Positions 18,684 through 27,557 are shown, numbered from the stretch's first letter. The stretch is DNA of 64,000 nt from Candidatus Parcubacteria bacterium (GCA_023128895.1 JAGMDC010000002.1:17368-81367); one strand, 5' to 3'. The notes: a model not told the origin generated them from the letters alone. Translations and numbers: made by a program.

Positions 18684-19108
18684 TATTTTTTTTCAATCTG
18701 TTTATATACCGTGCCGAGAACTCCGTTTATAAACTTCCCTGAATTTTCGCCGCTGAATGTTTTGGCTAACTCAATAGCTTCATTTATCGCTACTTTTGGC
18801 GGAACTTTATCCGGATCTGAATACAAAAGTTCAAAAAGCCCTATCCGCAGAACATTTCTGTCAACAATAGTAATTTGCTCTACCGGCCACTCAGGCGCGG
18901 CTTTTCCAATAATCTTGTCTAATTTGACTAAATTCTTGTTGACACCCTCAACTATTTCCCAAACCAGTTCAGTATTTTCCAGACCAGGCCCGAATTCCTC
19001 TATATTCCTTTCTGTAATTTCTTTCAAACTCTCTTTATCTTTGCCGTAAAAATCCCACTCGTAGAGCGTTTGCATTGCTATTGACCTTGATAAATGCCTA
19101 GAAGCCAT
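18683..19108 (-). CDS. nusB: transcription antitermination factor NusB
   Basis: 141 aa. [13 protein letters not shown] start and NusB-like helical repeats. Confidence 0.85.
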   Translation of the reverse strand: MASRHLSRSIAMQTLYEWDFYGKDKESLKEITERNIEEFGPGLENTELVWEIVEGVNKNLVKLDKIIGKAAPEWPVEQITIVDRNVLRIGLFELLYSDPDKVPPKVAINEAIELAKTFSGENSGKFINGVLGTVYKQIEKK

Positions 19109-19112
19109 AAAT

Positions 19113-19400
19113 TCACTTTTTACTCAAACCTTCCATTGATAATGATTTTTCGCTTTTCTGCGTTTCCGCTTGTTTCGCGGCAATTTCTTTTTCTTTTAAT
19201 TTCTTTTCTTTTTTGTCTAATTTTTTCATTACGTCTATCACCATCTCCCCTTTATAATATCCGCAATTCCGGCAAACAGTATGAGGCGCAACTGGCTTCC
19301 CGCACTTGGGGCAATTGCCAAAAACAGGCGCTTTCAAAGATAAATGCGACCTGCGTTGATTTCTTCTTGATTTAGTTTTTCTTTGTTTCGGAACAGCCAT
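19113..19400 (-). CDS. rpmF: 50S ribosomal protein L32 with a Lys/Glu-rich C-terminal extension
   Basis: True start is [19 protein letters not shown] (M22 of the track ORF). Zinc ribbon CPKCG...CRNCG. Confidence 0.85.
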   Translation of the reverse strand: MAVPKQRKTKSRRNQRRSHLSLKAPVFGNCPKCGKPVAPHTVCRNCGYYKGEMVIDVMKKLDKKEKKLKEKEIAAKQAETQKSEKSLSMEGLSKK

Positions 19401-19498
19401 AGTCTGTTTTGTGTTTCTTGATATTAACAAATAAAAATCATTTTGGCAAGCGATTCTCCGCACGCCATTGCCTCTATTCCTATATAATAGATATTGGG

Positions 19499-19536
19499 GT
19501 CAACCCCCACACCTACGCGTAGGTGTGGGGGTTGAC
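19499..19536. promoter_or_regulatory. 38-bp perfect palindrome overlapping the -35 of the nikR-like promoter
   Basis: gtcaacccccacacctacg|cgtaggtgtgggggttgac. The right arm supplies GGGGG-TTGACA (19527-19537); -10 is TAAAAT about 18 nt downstream. Confidence 0.6.
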
Positions 19537-19596
19537 AAATTTTTAAAATGTATGTTAAAATAAAATCAGAATCTAAAAAAATTTTGGAAAAAAAGG

Positions 19597-20040
19597 GTGA
19601 TAAAAAAAATGGAAGAAGAAATAGAATTGAGCCGAATTGGGGTATCTTTACCCTCAAGTCTATTGAATAAGCTTGACGGAATATTAAGAGGGAGAGGATA
19701 TTCATCAAGGTCGGAAGGGATAAGAGACGCAATCAGAGCATATATTCTGGAATACGAATGGATGGAGCGCGAAGCGGGTGAAAAGGTAGGAATTATAACT
19801 TATCTTTATAGCCGCGACAATCACGGAGAAAAAGGAATAGGCGATAAACTTACGAATGCAAGGAATTCTTTCTCGGAAATAGTGATGTCAACCGAGCGCC
19901 TATTTTTGGAGAAAGGAAAGGTATTCGAGACAGTGAGACTAAAAGGTAAAGCAGAAAGTATGAAAAATCTGGCGGAAAGTATAATGAGTCTGAAGGGAGT
20001 AAAGTATGTGAAACTGGCCACAACGCACACAGATATATAA
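19597..20040 (+). CDS. NikR-like ribbon-helix-helix (CopG family) regulator
   Basis: 147 aa (GTG start; alternative ATG at 19609). RHH motif RIGVSLPSSLLNKLDGILRGRGYSSRSEGIRDAIRAYI plus an ACT-like C-terminal domain. The NikR metal-binding His cluster was not seen. Confidence 0.55.
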   Translation: MIKKMEEEIELSRIGVSLPSSLLNKLDGILRGRGYSSRSEGIRDAIRAYILEYEWMEREAGEKVGIITYLYSRDNHGEKGIGDKLTNARNSFSEIVMSTERLFLEKGKVFETVRLKGKAESMKNLAESIMSLKGVKYVKLATTHTDI

Positions 20041-20050
20041 AAATAAAAAA

Positions 20051-20078
20051 TGGGAGAATTTTCTCCCGATTTTTTTTA
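20051..20078 (+). terminator. terminator after the nikR-like gene
   Basis: GGGAGAA..TTCTCCC hairpin followed by a T-run. Confidence 0.55.
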
Positions 20079-20096
20079 TGAAAGTAGGTGCGGGGG

Positions 20097-20124
20097 TTGA
20101 CAAAAATACTAAAATTGCTAATAT
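20097..20124 (+). promoter_or_regulatory. strong sigma70-type promoter of the tRNA-like RNA
   Basis: GGGGG-TTGACA, 16-nt spacer, TGc-TAATAT (extended -10). Confidence 0.6.
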
Positions 20125-20236
20125 CCATAATGCGTATGTGCCTGCCATATCGCCCTTTGTCCCTGCCAGCAGACTCCGCGCTCGGGGGAGCGTCACCTCC
20201 TAATGACGAAATCATTTCCCCCGAGTGCCCATAAAC

Positions 20237-20308
20237 GGGCCTGTAGCACAGTGGTAATGCAACCGGAGTTGCACCCGGACAACGCAGGTTCGAATCCTGC
20301 CAGACCCA
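20237..20308 (+). ncRNA. tRNA-like RNA with a canonical elbow and acceptor but a non-canonical anticodon arm
   Basis: GGGCCTG/CAGACCC acceptor (C4-A69 mismatch). U8, A14, G18G19 and T-arm GCAGG-TTCGAAT-CCTGC are present. The anticodon region gives only a 4-bp CCGG/CCGG stem with an 8-nt loop AGTTGCAC, or alternatively a TGCAAC-CGGA-GTTGCA hairpin. Confidence 0.5.
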
Positions 20309-20372
20309 TTAGTTCTTATTATTTATATTTTCAGTCAGAGCCGATTCAGAACCGGGCATTTAGCGTTTAAGT

Positions 20373-20402
20373 GAGGGAATTTACATTTTTCCCTCTTTTT
20401 TC
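20373..20402 (+). terminator. terminator of the tRNA-like transcript
   Basis: GAGGGAA-tttacattt-TTCCCTC followed by TTTTTT. Confidence 0.6.
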
Positions 20403-20433
20403 TTTGGCAAAATTACTGTATTATTAAAATATA

Positions 20434-20898
20434 ATGGTAAAAGAATCAAAGAAACAATCAGAAAAACAAGCAAAGAAAAAAAGACAAGAAACAGCAATCC
20501 AGAAAATTGTTAATCATTATTTTTATACAAAAGGGTTAAGTTTGGAAGAACTCAAAAAAGACACAAAAAAGAAAAAAATAATTTACTCCAGATTTACGCG
20601 TCCGGCAAAACAACTTTTGGAATTAGCCGGCACCGTTACTAAAGCAAAAAAAGCCATTACAACTGTGTCGCGATGGGCAAAATCCAGGAATTTGGATTAC
20701 GCTATTGAAACAGTTTTCAAAAAATGGCTGGAACTGGACCGATTAAAACCCAAAGAAATTGTCAAAAAACCATTTTATCGCAACGATCCGATGGTGTGGT
20801 CAGAAGCAAAGAAAAAATGGTATGTTATTGACAAAGACGGCAGATGGCTGGAATTCGCGGATAAAAAATCAGAAATAAAGTGGAAAATCGTAAAGTAA
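20434..20898 (+). CDS. hypothetical lysine-rich protein
   Basis: 154-aa ORF with coding-like composition. No motif recognised. Confidence 0.4.
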   Translation: MVKESKKQSEKQAKKKRQETAIQKIVNHYFYTKGLSLEELKKDTKKKKIIYSRFTRPAKQLLELAGTVTKAKKAITTVSRWAKSRNLDYAIETVFKKWLELDRLKPKEIVKKPFYRNDPMVWSEAKKKWYVIDKDGRWLEFADKKSEIKWKIVK

Positions 20899-20929
20899 TT
20901 TTCGGAAGTCGGACTTCCGAAAATTAAAA

Positions 20930-22567
20930 TTACATCTTTGAAGGCGCGGAAATTCCCATTAGACCAAGGGAATTTTTTAATACAAACTGAACAGCCAATA
21001 TCAGGGCTGTTCTTGCTTGTGTGAGTTCTTTATTATCAGAAATAACAGGACAATCGCGATAAAATTGATGAAACGCTTCTGCCAAATCCAAAGCGTATTG
21101 CGGCAAACGCTGGACGCGATAGTCCTCTGCTGTGTCCCCCACAACTTCGGGAAATCTAATAACCTGCTTAATCAGGTTCAATTCGCTCGTATGTTCCAAT
21201 AATTCAAATTTTGCCTGCCCGCAATGCTTCGCATAGCGATGCGGGCGGGAACTTTTGTGTTTTGTGTTTTGTGTTTTCACTTTATTGAGTATGCTCTGTA
21301 TTCGCGCGTGAGCATACTGAACATAATAAACAGGATTTTTTTGGCTCTGCTCTTTCGCCAGTTCCAAATCAAATTCCATTTGCGTATTCAATGATTTCGC
21401 TAAATAAAAAAATCTTGCCGCGTCCAATCCGACTTCATCCACTAATTCTTCAAGACCCACAATTTGTCCTTTTCTTTTTGAAAGTTTTAATCCCCCTTTC
21501 AAGCGAACCACTTGAGCAATTAAAATATTAAGTTCTCCTTTGTATTCAAGCATTTTACTCGCGGCTTTCATTTTACCAATATGTCCCTGATGGTCCGCGC
21601 CCCAAATATCAATAATTTTCTTAAATCCCCTGTCAAACTTGTCTTTATGATAAGCTATGTCAGCAAGAAAATAAGTCGGCTCTCCGGTAGAACGCTTCAC
21701 GACCCAATCCTTGCTGTCGCCGAATTTCTTTGTTTTCAGCCATTGCGCGCACTCGCTTTCATAAATCAAATTCTTCTTTTTCAATAAATTATATGCTTTC
21801 TCTATTTTATTTTCCTTGTATAAATCCTGCTCAAAAACCCAATTCGTAATTTTTATTTTTAATTTTTTTAATATAAAATCCTTATTTTCTTTCTGGATAA
21901 TTTTACATAAAAAATATCCTGCCTGCGATTCGCTTTTCATATTTTCAATTTTGTGTTTTTGCTCTTTTATTATTGCTTTTAATTCGTCTGTTAAATATGC
22001 GGTTCCGCGGGACATCCCTGTTTTTCCCAGTTCTTTAATTTGATTGCTGTTCTTTGCGTTATTTACATAATATTCTCTCTCCACCTTATATCCTGCTTTT
22101 GCCAATACATTTGACAAACAATCGCCGAAGAACGCTCCCCTGCCCTGTCCAATATGCAAAGGCCCTGTAGGATTTCCTGATATAAACTCCACTTGCGTCT
22201 TTTTATTTTTTCCGATTTTCAAATCCCCAAATTTCTCCCCTTGCTCTAAAACCTGCTTAATTTGTTTTTGTAAATAAATTTTGGAAAGAAAAAAATTGAT
22301 AAACCCGGGCCTGGCAATCTCAATTTTTCCCAAAAATTGGCTATTGCTGTTTTGTAATTGCTCAACAATTATTTCTGCTGTTTCTATTGGATTTTTCTTT
22401 GTAATTCCCGCTATTTTCATAGCGATATTCGTGGAATAATCTCCTTGTTCCTTTTGCTCTGGCTTTTCAACCAAAATTGCCGAAATTTGAAATTTCGGCA
22501 ATTTTCTTTGCGATTGCGCGTTTTGAATCGCTTTTTCAATTAAATTTGTTATTTTCTCCCTAACCAT
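20930..22567 (-). CDS. argS: arginine--tRNA ligase
   Basis: 545 aa. ISGNPTGPLHIGQGRG (HIGH region) and a C-terminal DALR-type anticodon-binding region. Confidence 0.9.
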   Translation of the reverse strand: MVREKITNLIEKAIQNAQSQRKLPKFQISAILVEKPEQKEQGDYSTNIAMKIAGITKKNPIETAEIIVEQLQNSNSQFLGKIEIARPGFINFFLSKIYLQKQIKQVLEQGEKFGDLKIGKNKKTQVEFISGNPTGPLHIGQGRGAFFGDCLSNVLAKAGYKVEREYYVNNAKNSNQIKELGKTGMSRGTAYLTDELKAIIKEQKHKIENMKSESQAGYFLCKIIQKENKDFILKKLKIKITNWVFEQDLYKENKIEKAYNLLKKKNLIYESECAQWLKTKKFGDSKDWVVKRSTGEPTYFLADIAYHKDKFDRGFKKIIDIWGADHQGHIGKMKAASKMLEYKGELNILIAQVVRLKGGLKLSKRKGQIVGLEELVDEVGLDAARFFYLAKSLNTQMEFDLELAKEQSQKNPVYYVQYAHARIQSILNKVKTQNTKHKSSRPHRYAKHCGQAKFELLEHTSELNLIKQVIRFPEVVGDTAEDYRVQRLPQYALDLAEAFHQFYRDCPVISDNKELTQARTALILAVQFVLKNSLGLMGISAPSKM

Positions 22568-22633
22568 TATCCCATTTTACCTTATCCGCCTAAAAATAAA
22601 AAGAGGACAAAATGGATCGCCCTCATTAGCTCT

Positions 22634-23131
22634 TTAATGCATCCCTATTATTCGTATTTTAGGATATTGCTTAAACAACTTGTTTTTGTCCTCTGCTCTC
22701 TCCATTGTTGTGATACAGTAGAGTTCGTCAAAAGTATTATATCCAAGTTTCAAATAGTCATCGCCATTTATACTACACAAAACTCCGCCAATTGCAATCA
22801 CTGGTATCTCTACCACGGCATGAATTTTCTCTTGGATAAATAAACTCTGAATCCGCTCTTGTATTCTTTCTAAGACATCTCGGGAAACTTGCCTGCCTTC
22901 AAAATTTGTCTCCCTTCCCAGTGGTCCAAATTTATATCCTATCTTCCTAAACTTCATCTCTTGGCTAATCACTGTTCCTCCGCCCAGAATTACAACAACA
23001 TAATTTAGTTTTCCCTTTTTTTTAACGAACTCAAGACTTTTTTGGTGCTCGCTGAGGTCTCCTGAAACTTTTATTAATACATTTTTTGTTTTCTTTCCCA
23101 ATTTTCCTTCACCTTTTTTAGGATATTTCAT
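22634..23131 (-). CDS. hypothetical protein, possibly with an amino-acid-kinase-like fold
   Basis: 165 aa. VLIKVSGDL and ILGGGT strings recall AAK-family N-terminal motifs. This is a weak assignment. Confidence 0.3.
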   Translation of the reverse strand: MKYPKKGEGKLGKKTKNVLIKVSGDLSEHQKSLEFVKKKGKLNYVVVILGGGTVISQEMKFRKIGYKFGPLGRETNFEGRQVSRDVLERIQERIQSLFIQEKIHAVVEIPVIAIGGVLCSINGDDYLKLGYNTFDELYCITTMERAEDKNKLFKQYPKIRIIGMH

Positions 23132-23194
23132 AAACCATTATTTGTCAATTGAATTTGGAATTGCTACACTTAAAGTAGTTATGATAACAAAATT

Positions 23195-23644
23195 ATGCCT
23201 GAATTAGCAAAAAATAAAAAAGCGTATTTTGATTATGAAATTTTAGAGACCTTTGACGCAGGCCTGGTTTTAATTGGACAGGAAGTAAAATCCATTAAAA
23301 ACAAACATATTAGTTTGAAAGGTTCTTATGTGGTGCTCAAAGACAGCGAATTTTTTTTAATCGGCGCGACTGTGCCGCCGTATCAGCCGAAAAACGCGCC
23401 AAAGGACTATAAACAGGAAAGGAGCCGTAAATTATTGTTAAAAAAATCAGAAATCAATTATTTAATCGGAAAATCAAAGCAAAGAGGCTTGACTTTAATA
23501 CCCTTAAGGGTGTATACTAAGTCAGGAAGAATTAAACTGGAATTCGGAATCGCGAAAGGAAAGAAAAAATTTGACAAAAGAGAGACAATCAAAAAACGAG
23601 ATTTCCAACGCGAGAAACAGAGAATAATGAAAGAGAAAATATAG
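23195..23644 (+). CDS. smpB: SsrA-binding protein
   Basis: 149 aa. KKAYFDYEILETFDAGLVLIGQEVKSIK is typical SmpB. Confidence 0.9.
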   Translation: MPELAKNKKAYFDYEILETFDAGLVLIGQEVKSIKNKHISLKGSYVVLKDSEFFLIGATVPPYQPKNAPKDYKQERSRKLLLKKSEINYLIGKSKQRGLTLIPLRVYTKSGRIKLEFGIAKGKKKFDKRETIKKRDFQREKQRIMKEKI

Positions 23645-23806
23645 GGACTGTAGAACAATATTTTTCGTAGCGAGAGTTTCAAAATTTGAGGCAAATTTTT
23701 CAAATAATTTTTGAAACCTGTATGGAATACAAGTTGATAAAATTTTTGGGAAATTTTGACCAAATTTTGGAACTCGCAGTAGAAATGATATTGTCCTACA
23801 GTCCCT
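23643..23806. repeat. ~165-nt inverted-repeat (long-hairpin, MITE-like) element between smpB and ssrA
   Basis: Terminal arms agggactgtagaacaatat / atattgtcctacagtccct (19 nt, 1 mismatch). Imperfect pairing continues inward. Confidence 0.7.
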
Positions 23807-23811
23807 TAAAT

Positions 23812-24217
23812 GGGGATGCCGTAGCATAGATGGAAAAATTTTTAAGATACGCAGGTAGAGTATTCTTGAATCTCTTAAAACTTCAAGAAACAAAATAAGT
23901 GTCAACTTATTTTCCAAAGCTAAAACAGCTGTTGCCACTGCCTTTGGCGCTGGCTCAACTCAATTAGCTCCTGCTTACATTTAATTGTGAGCCATCTAAT
24001 TTGTTGATTCTCATTAGGCAAAACTTAGGTGTTATATTTTATGAGATAGATAGATTTTTTTGAGCCAAGGAAAATTTATTGAAATGATTTTGGCTCTGAG
24101 TTAAGAATGTTTTGTCCAATTTATAGTTCTTAATTTATAAATTTCAAGTTGGACTAAACCTGTAGATATATTTTATTGGATTTTTACCAGACACGGGGGC
24201 AGTACCCGTCATCTCCA
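23812..24217 (+). ncRNA. ssrA: tmRNA
   Basis: 5' GGGGATG pairs with 3' CATCTCC, including the G3-U70 wobble that marks alanylation identity. 3' end is GACACGGG-GGCAGTA-CCCGT-CATCTCC-A. Lies immediately downstream of smpB. An internal Ala-rich ORF ends in TAA, but the tag frame is not resolved. Confidence 0.7.
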
Positions 24218-24249
24218 CTGAATTAGATACTAGATATTTGTAACCAAAA

Positions 24250-24837
24250 ATGCGTTATACCAAGAAAAAAACTTTCTATAAAAGACCTTTAATCAATAAT
24301 TTTATAAGAGCGAGAGAAGTTCGCGTCATTGACAAAGATGGAAAAAATTTAGGTGTCTTGAAATTGAGCGATGCCTTAAGAATATCGCGGGAGCAAGATT
24401 TAGATTTAATTCAAATAACGGAAAAATTAGAAACACCTGTGTGCAAGATAATGAATTATGGAAAGTACCAATATTTTGAAAAAAAGCAACAAAAAAAATC
24501 AGACCAGAAAAAACAACAGGGAGGAGAAATGAAAGGAATACGGTTAGGATTTAATATTTCTCCTCATGACATGGAGACAAGAGCGAAACAGGCTGAAAAA
24601 TTCTTAAAGCAAGGAGACAGAGTAAGAATAGATTTAATTTTAAGAGGAAGGCAAAAAGCTCTGCAGGGCTTTGCGCGAGAAAAAATAAATAAATTTCTGG
24701 AAATTTTGGAAAAAACAATTCCATATAAAATTGAAAGAGAATTAAAAAAAGTCCCGCGCGGATTAACAATAATTATAGCGCAAGACCCAAAAGGCGTAAT
24801 AGATGATAATCATGAAAACAAGAAAAGCGATAACTAA
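24250..24837 (+). CDS. infC: translation initiation factor IF-3
   Basis: 195 aa. INNFIRAREVRVIDKDGKNLGV...PVCKIMNYGKYQY. Confidence 0.9.
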   Translation: MRYTKKKTFYKRPLINNFIRAREVRVIDKDGKNLGVLKLSDALRISREQDLDLIQITEKLETPVCKIMNYGKYQYFEKKQQKKSDQKKQQGGEMKGIRLGFNISPHDMETRAKQAEKFLKQGDRVRIDLILRGRQKALQGFAREKINKFLEILEKTIPYKIERELKKVPRGLTIIIAQDPKGVIDDNHENKKSDN

Positions 24838-25000
24838 ACGATTCAAAATAACTAAAACAGGCAAAATATTGAGAAGGCCCGTTGGACAAAACCATCTTCG
24901 GGCAAAAAAATCAGGAAAACAGAAAAGGCAATCCAGAAAATGGGTTGTTGTTTCTAAACCTGAATCAAAAAAAATTAAAAAATTATATGGTAAGAGTTAA
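24812..25000 (+). CDS. rpmI: 50S ribosomal protein L35
   Basis: MKTRKAITKRFKITKTGKILRR. The start could be 24803 or 24812. Follows infC-rpmI-rplT order. Confidence 0.85.
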   Translation: MKTRKAITKRFKITKTGKILRRPVGQNHLRAKKSGKQKRQSRKWVVVSKPESKKIKKLYGKS

Positions 25001-25334
25001 AAGAGGAGTCATCGCGCATAAGCGGAGAAAAAACCTGCTCAAACACGCTAAAGGTTTTATGTGGGGCAGAAAATCAAAATATAAAGCGGCTAAAGAAGCG
25101 CTGTTTCACGCGTGGGCTTACGCGTACAGAGACAGAAGAAGGAAAAAAAGGGATTTTAGGGCTTTGTGGCAAACTCAAATCAACGCTGCCAGCCGCGCGG
25201 AAGGAATGTCTTACAATAAGTTTATTGCTGGTTTGAAAAAACATAATATTGAATTGGATAGAAAAATCTTATCTGAACTTGCGAAAAAAGAACCCGAAAT
25301 TTTCAAAAAAATTGTTGAAAAAGCAAAATCGTAA
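24987..25334 (+). CDS. rplT: 50S ribosomal protein L20
   Basis: True start is MVRVKRGVIAHKRRKNLLKHAKGF (M36 of the track ORF). Confidence 0.9.
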   Translation: MVRVKRGVIAHKRRKNLLKHAKGFMWGRKSKYKAAKEALFHAWAYAYRDRRRKKRDFRALWQTQINAASRAEGMSYNKFIAGLKKHNIELDRKILSELAKKEPEIFKKIVEKAKS

Positions 25335-25346
25335 TAAATTAAGCGC

Positions 25347-25391
25347 AAAAAAAAAATAGACCCACTACACCGCAGTGGGATTATTTTTTTT
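25347..25391. terminator. bidirectional terminator after rplT
   Basis: A-run, CCCACT-acaccgc-AGTGGG, T-run. Confidence 0.65.
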
Positions 25392-25638
25392 ATATGGATT
25401 TGCTCTCCATGTATATCATAGACACTACTTCTATATCTGATTCTGGCATATTGTCTGACACATTAACGGCTTCGTCTATAGGGATACTAATCTCTCGCTC
25501 TATTCCCTCCTCATCAAAAGTAATTATTGCTTTTGATAAAGTCAGCTCTTTGGTCTCTTTTGTTTCCCCGCCATTGTTTCCATTGCAACCCCTATATCGC
25601 AGACGCACATCTTTTACTTCCATTCTATTTCCCGCCAT
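25390..25638 (-). CDS. hypothetical small acidic protein
   Basis: 82-aa ORF only. No motif recognised. Confidence 0.3.
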   Translation of the reverse strand: MAGNRMEVKDVRLRYRGCNGNNGGETKETKELTLSKAIITFDEEGIEREISIPIDEAVNVSDNMPESDIEVVSMIYMESKSI

Positions 25639-25706
25639 TTTTCCCCTCTTTTTTTATTTATAGTAGATACTTATTTAGTATAGCACTTTTTTAAAAAATA
25701 CAAAAA

Positions 25707-27455
25707 TCACCTGTGGAAAAGTTTTAGTATGCTGCTTAAAGATTGTGTGTTGAGAATATCTTTTTTCTCTGCCCAGCCGCGGCGCGCCTGCGCAATCCCT
25801 AACTCCATAAACTTCAAATGTGATATATTGTGCGCGTCAGAATTTATTACCATCTTTACGCCCATTTCTTTTGCGCGCCTAATATATTGGTCGTTCAAAT
25901 CTAATCTTCTCGGCTGTGCGTTTATTTCTAAAATTTTTCCAAATTCTTTTGCCGTTCTTAAAATTTTCTCAAAATCGCATTCATATCTGTCTCTTTTCTG
26001 CAAAATTCTTCCTGTCGGATGAGCAATAATATGAATATATGGATTCTTTATTGCTTTAATTATCCGTTCTGTCATTTGCTGCTTTGGCATTTTGAAATTT
26101 GAATGGATGCCGGCAATCGCGTAATCTAATTCTTTCAATGCTTTGTCGTTAATATCAATTGAGCCGTTATTCAGAATGTTTGTTTCAGCACCGTGTAAAA
26201 TTTGAAACTTGCCTGCCTGTCCGGTAGGCAGAAAACTTGAAACTTGAAACTTTTTATTAAGATTGTTGATTTCTTTGCGCTGTTGCGCCAGCCGTTTCTC
26301 GTCTAAACCATTGTCTATTTTCAAAAATTTGGTGTGCTCGGTAATGCCTAAATACTGATATCCCATTCTTATCGCTGTCCCCGCCATTTCCTCTATGGTG
26401 TTATTTCCATCTGACCAATTAGAATGGCAATGGAGGTCGCCTTTGATATTTCTATAAATAATAAGTTTGGGCAATTTCCCTTCTAAACTTGCTTTAATTT
26501 CTCCTTGATTTTCTCTAAGTTCCGGCTCTATCCAATCCATTCCTAAAATTCTATAAACCTCTTTCTCTGTTTTTCCGGCAATCATCTTCTGCCCTTGAAA
26601 AATACCATATTCATTAAGTTTTAACCCCTTTCCAATGGCAATTTTTCTCGTGGCAATATTATGCTCTTTGCAGCCGGTGAAATACTGCAAAGCAGAGCCA
26701 TAACTTTTTTCCCGCACCACCCGCAAGTCGCAGTCAAACCCCTGCTTCATCCGTATTGAGGAGCGGGTATTGCCTTTTGCCCAAATTTTTTCTACTCCCT
26801 GCATTGAAACAAAAAAATCCATAACTGGCTGCGGTTTCTTAGAAACAATCAAAATATCCACATCGCCGATTGTCTCTTTCATTCGACGCGTTGAACCAGC
26901 CACGTTTATTTGTTTGACCTCTTTCAGCGCTTTTAATTTTTTTAAAATTTCCTTAACTTGCGGCAGAATATCGCCAAGCAAAAACCTGCCTCTGCTCTTT
27001 TCCAAAAACGCGATGCCCTGTAAAATATTTTCTTCTGTTTTTTTTTGAAATCCCGGCAAGCCCCTGATTTTGTGTTTTTCCGCGGCTTTCTTCAAATCCT
27101 GAAGGTCTTTAATGTCCAAATGCTCATAAAGCGATTTTATTGTTTTAGGACCTATGCCTTCCACAGCAGTCAATTCTTCTATTTTCACAGGCATCTTTGC
27201 CTTTAATTTTTCATAATATCCTATTTTCCCTGTCTCAATATATTCTGCTATTTTCTTAGCAATATTTTTTCCAACCCCGGGAATTTTTTCCAGCGATTTT
27301 TGCCCGCCCTGCTTGTAAATCGCTTCTATGTCCTTTGCCATGTCGTCTAAAATAATCGCTGCTTTTTGATAAGCAAACGGCTTGAACTTTACTTCCTCCA
27401 TCTCTAAAAAATATCCTATCTCATATAATATTTGCGCAATTTCCTGATTTTTCAT
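25707..27455 (-). CDS. polX: family X DNA polymerase with a C-terminal PHP domain
   Basis: Likely start is MKNQEIAQILYEIG (M30). HhH repeats, IGDVDILIVS catalytic Asp pair, PHP motif HCHSNWSDG. Confidence 0.85.
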   Translation of the reverse strand: MKNQEIAQILYEIGYFLEMEEVKFKPFAYQKAAIILDDMAKDIEAIYKQGGQKSLEKIPGVGKNIAKKIAEYIETGKIGYYEKLKAKMPVKIEELTAVEGIGPKTIKSLYEHLDIKDLQDLKKAAEKHKIRGLPGFQKKTEENILQGIAFLEKSRGRFLLGDILPQVKEILKKLKALKEVKQINVAGSTRRMKETIGDVDILIVSKKPQPVMDFFVSMQGVEKIWAKGNTRSSIRMKQGFDCDLRVVREKSYGSALQYFTGCKEHNIATRKIAIGKGLKLNEYGIFQGQKMIAGKTEKEVYRILGMDWIEPELRENQGEIKASLEGKLPKLIIYRNIKGDLHCHSNWSDGNNTIEEMAGTAIRMGYQYLGITEHTKFLKIDNGLDEKRLAQQRKEINNLNKKFQVSSFLPTGQAGKFQILHGAETNILNNGSIDINDKALKELDYAIAGIHSNFKMPKQQMTERIIKAIKNPYIHIIAHPTGRILQKRDRYECDFEKILRTAKEFGKILEINAQPRRLDLNDQYIRRAKEMGVKMVINSDAHNISHLKFMELGIAQARRGWAEKKDILNTQSLSSILKLFHR

Positions 27456-27557
27456 AGTGTTGATTAATATTCCATTATATCCCAATATAAACAGAAACAC
27501 CAAATTAAAAAACGCCCGCAATGGGCGTTTTTTAATTTTCAATAACGAACCCTGATA

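Noticed and set aside
19424-20215. Minus-strand ORFs 19424..19732, 19821..20030, 19850..20215 and 19939..20196.
   Set aside because: They overlap the promoter palindrome, the nikR-like gene (antisense) and the tRNA-like RNA leader. No coding signal.
23458-23938. ORFs 23458..23763(-) and 23522..23938(-).
   Set aside because: They lie antisense to smpB, over the inverted-repeat element and over the tmRNA gene. The RNA-gene interpretation explains the region.
26195-26250. Small palindromic insertion in polX (encodes LPTGQAG) flanked by a duplicated aagtttcaa (KFQ).
   Set aside because: It looks like an in-frame mini-insertion with a target-site-like duplication. It is a single instance of about 30 nt, too little to call a mobile element.
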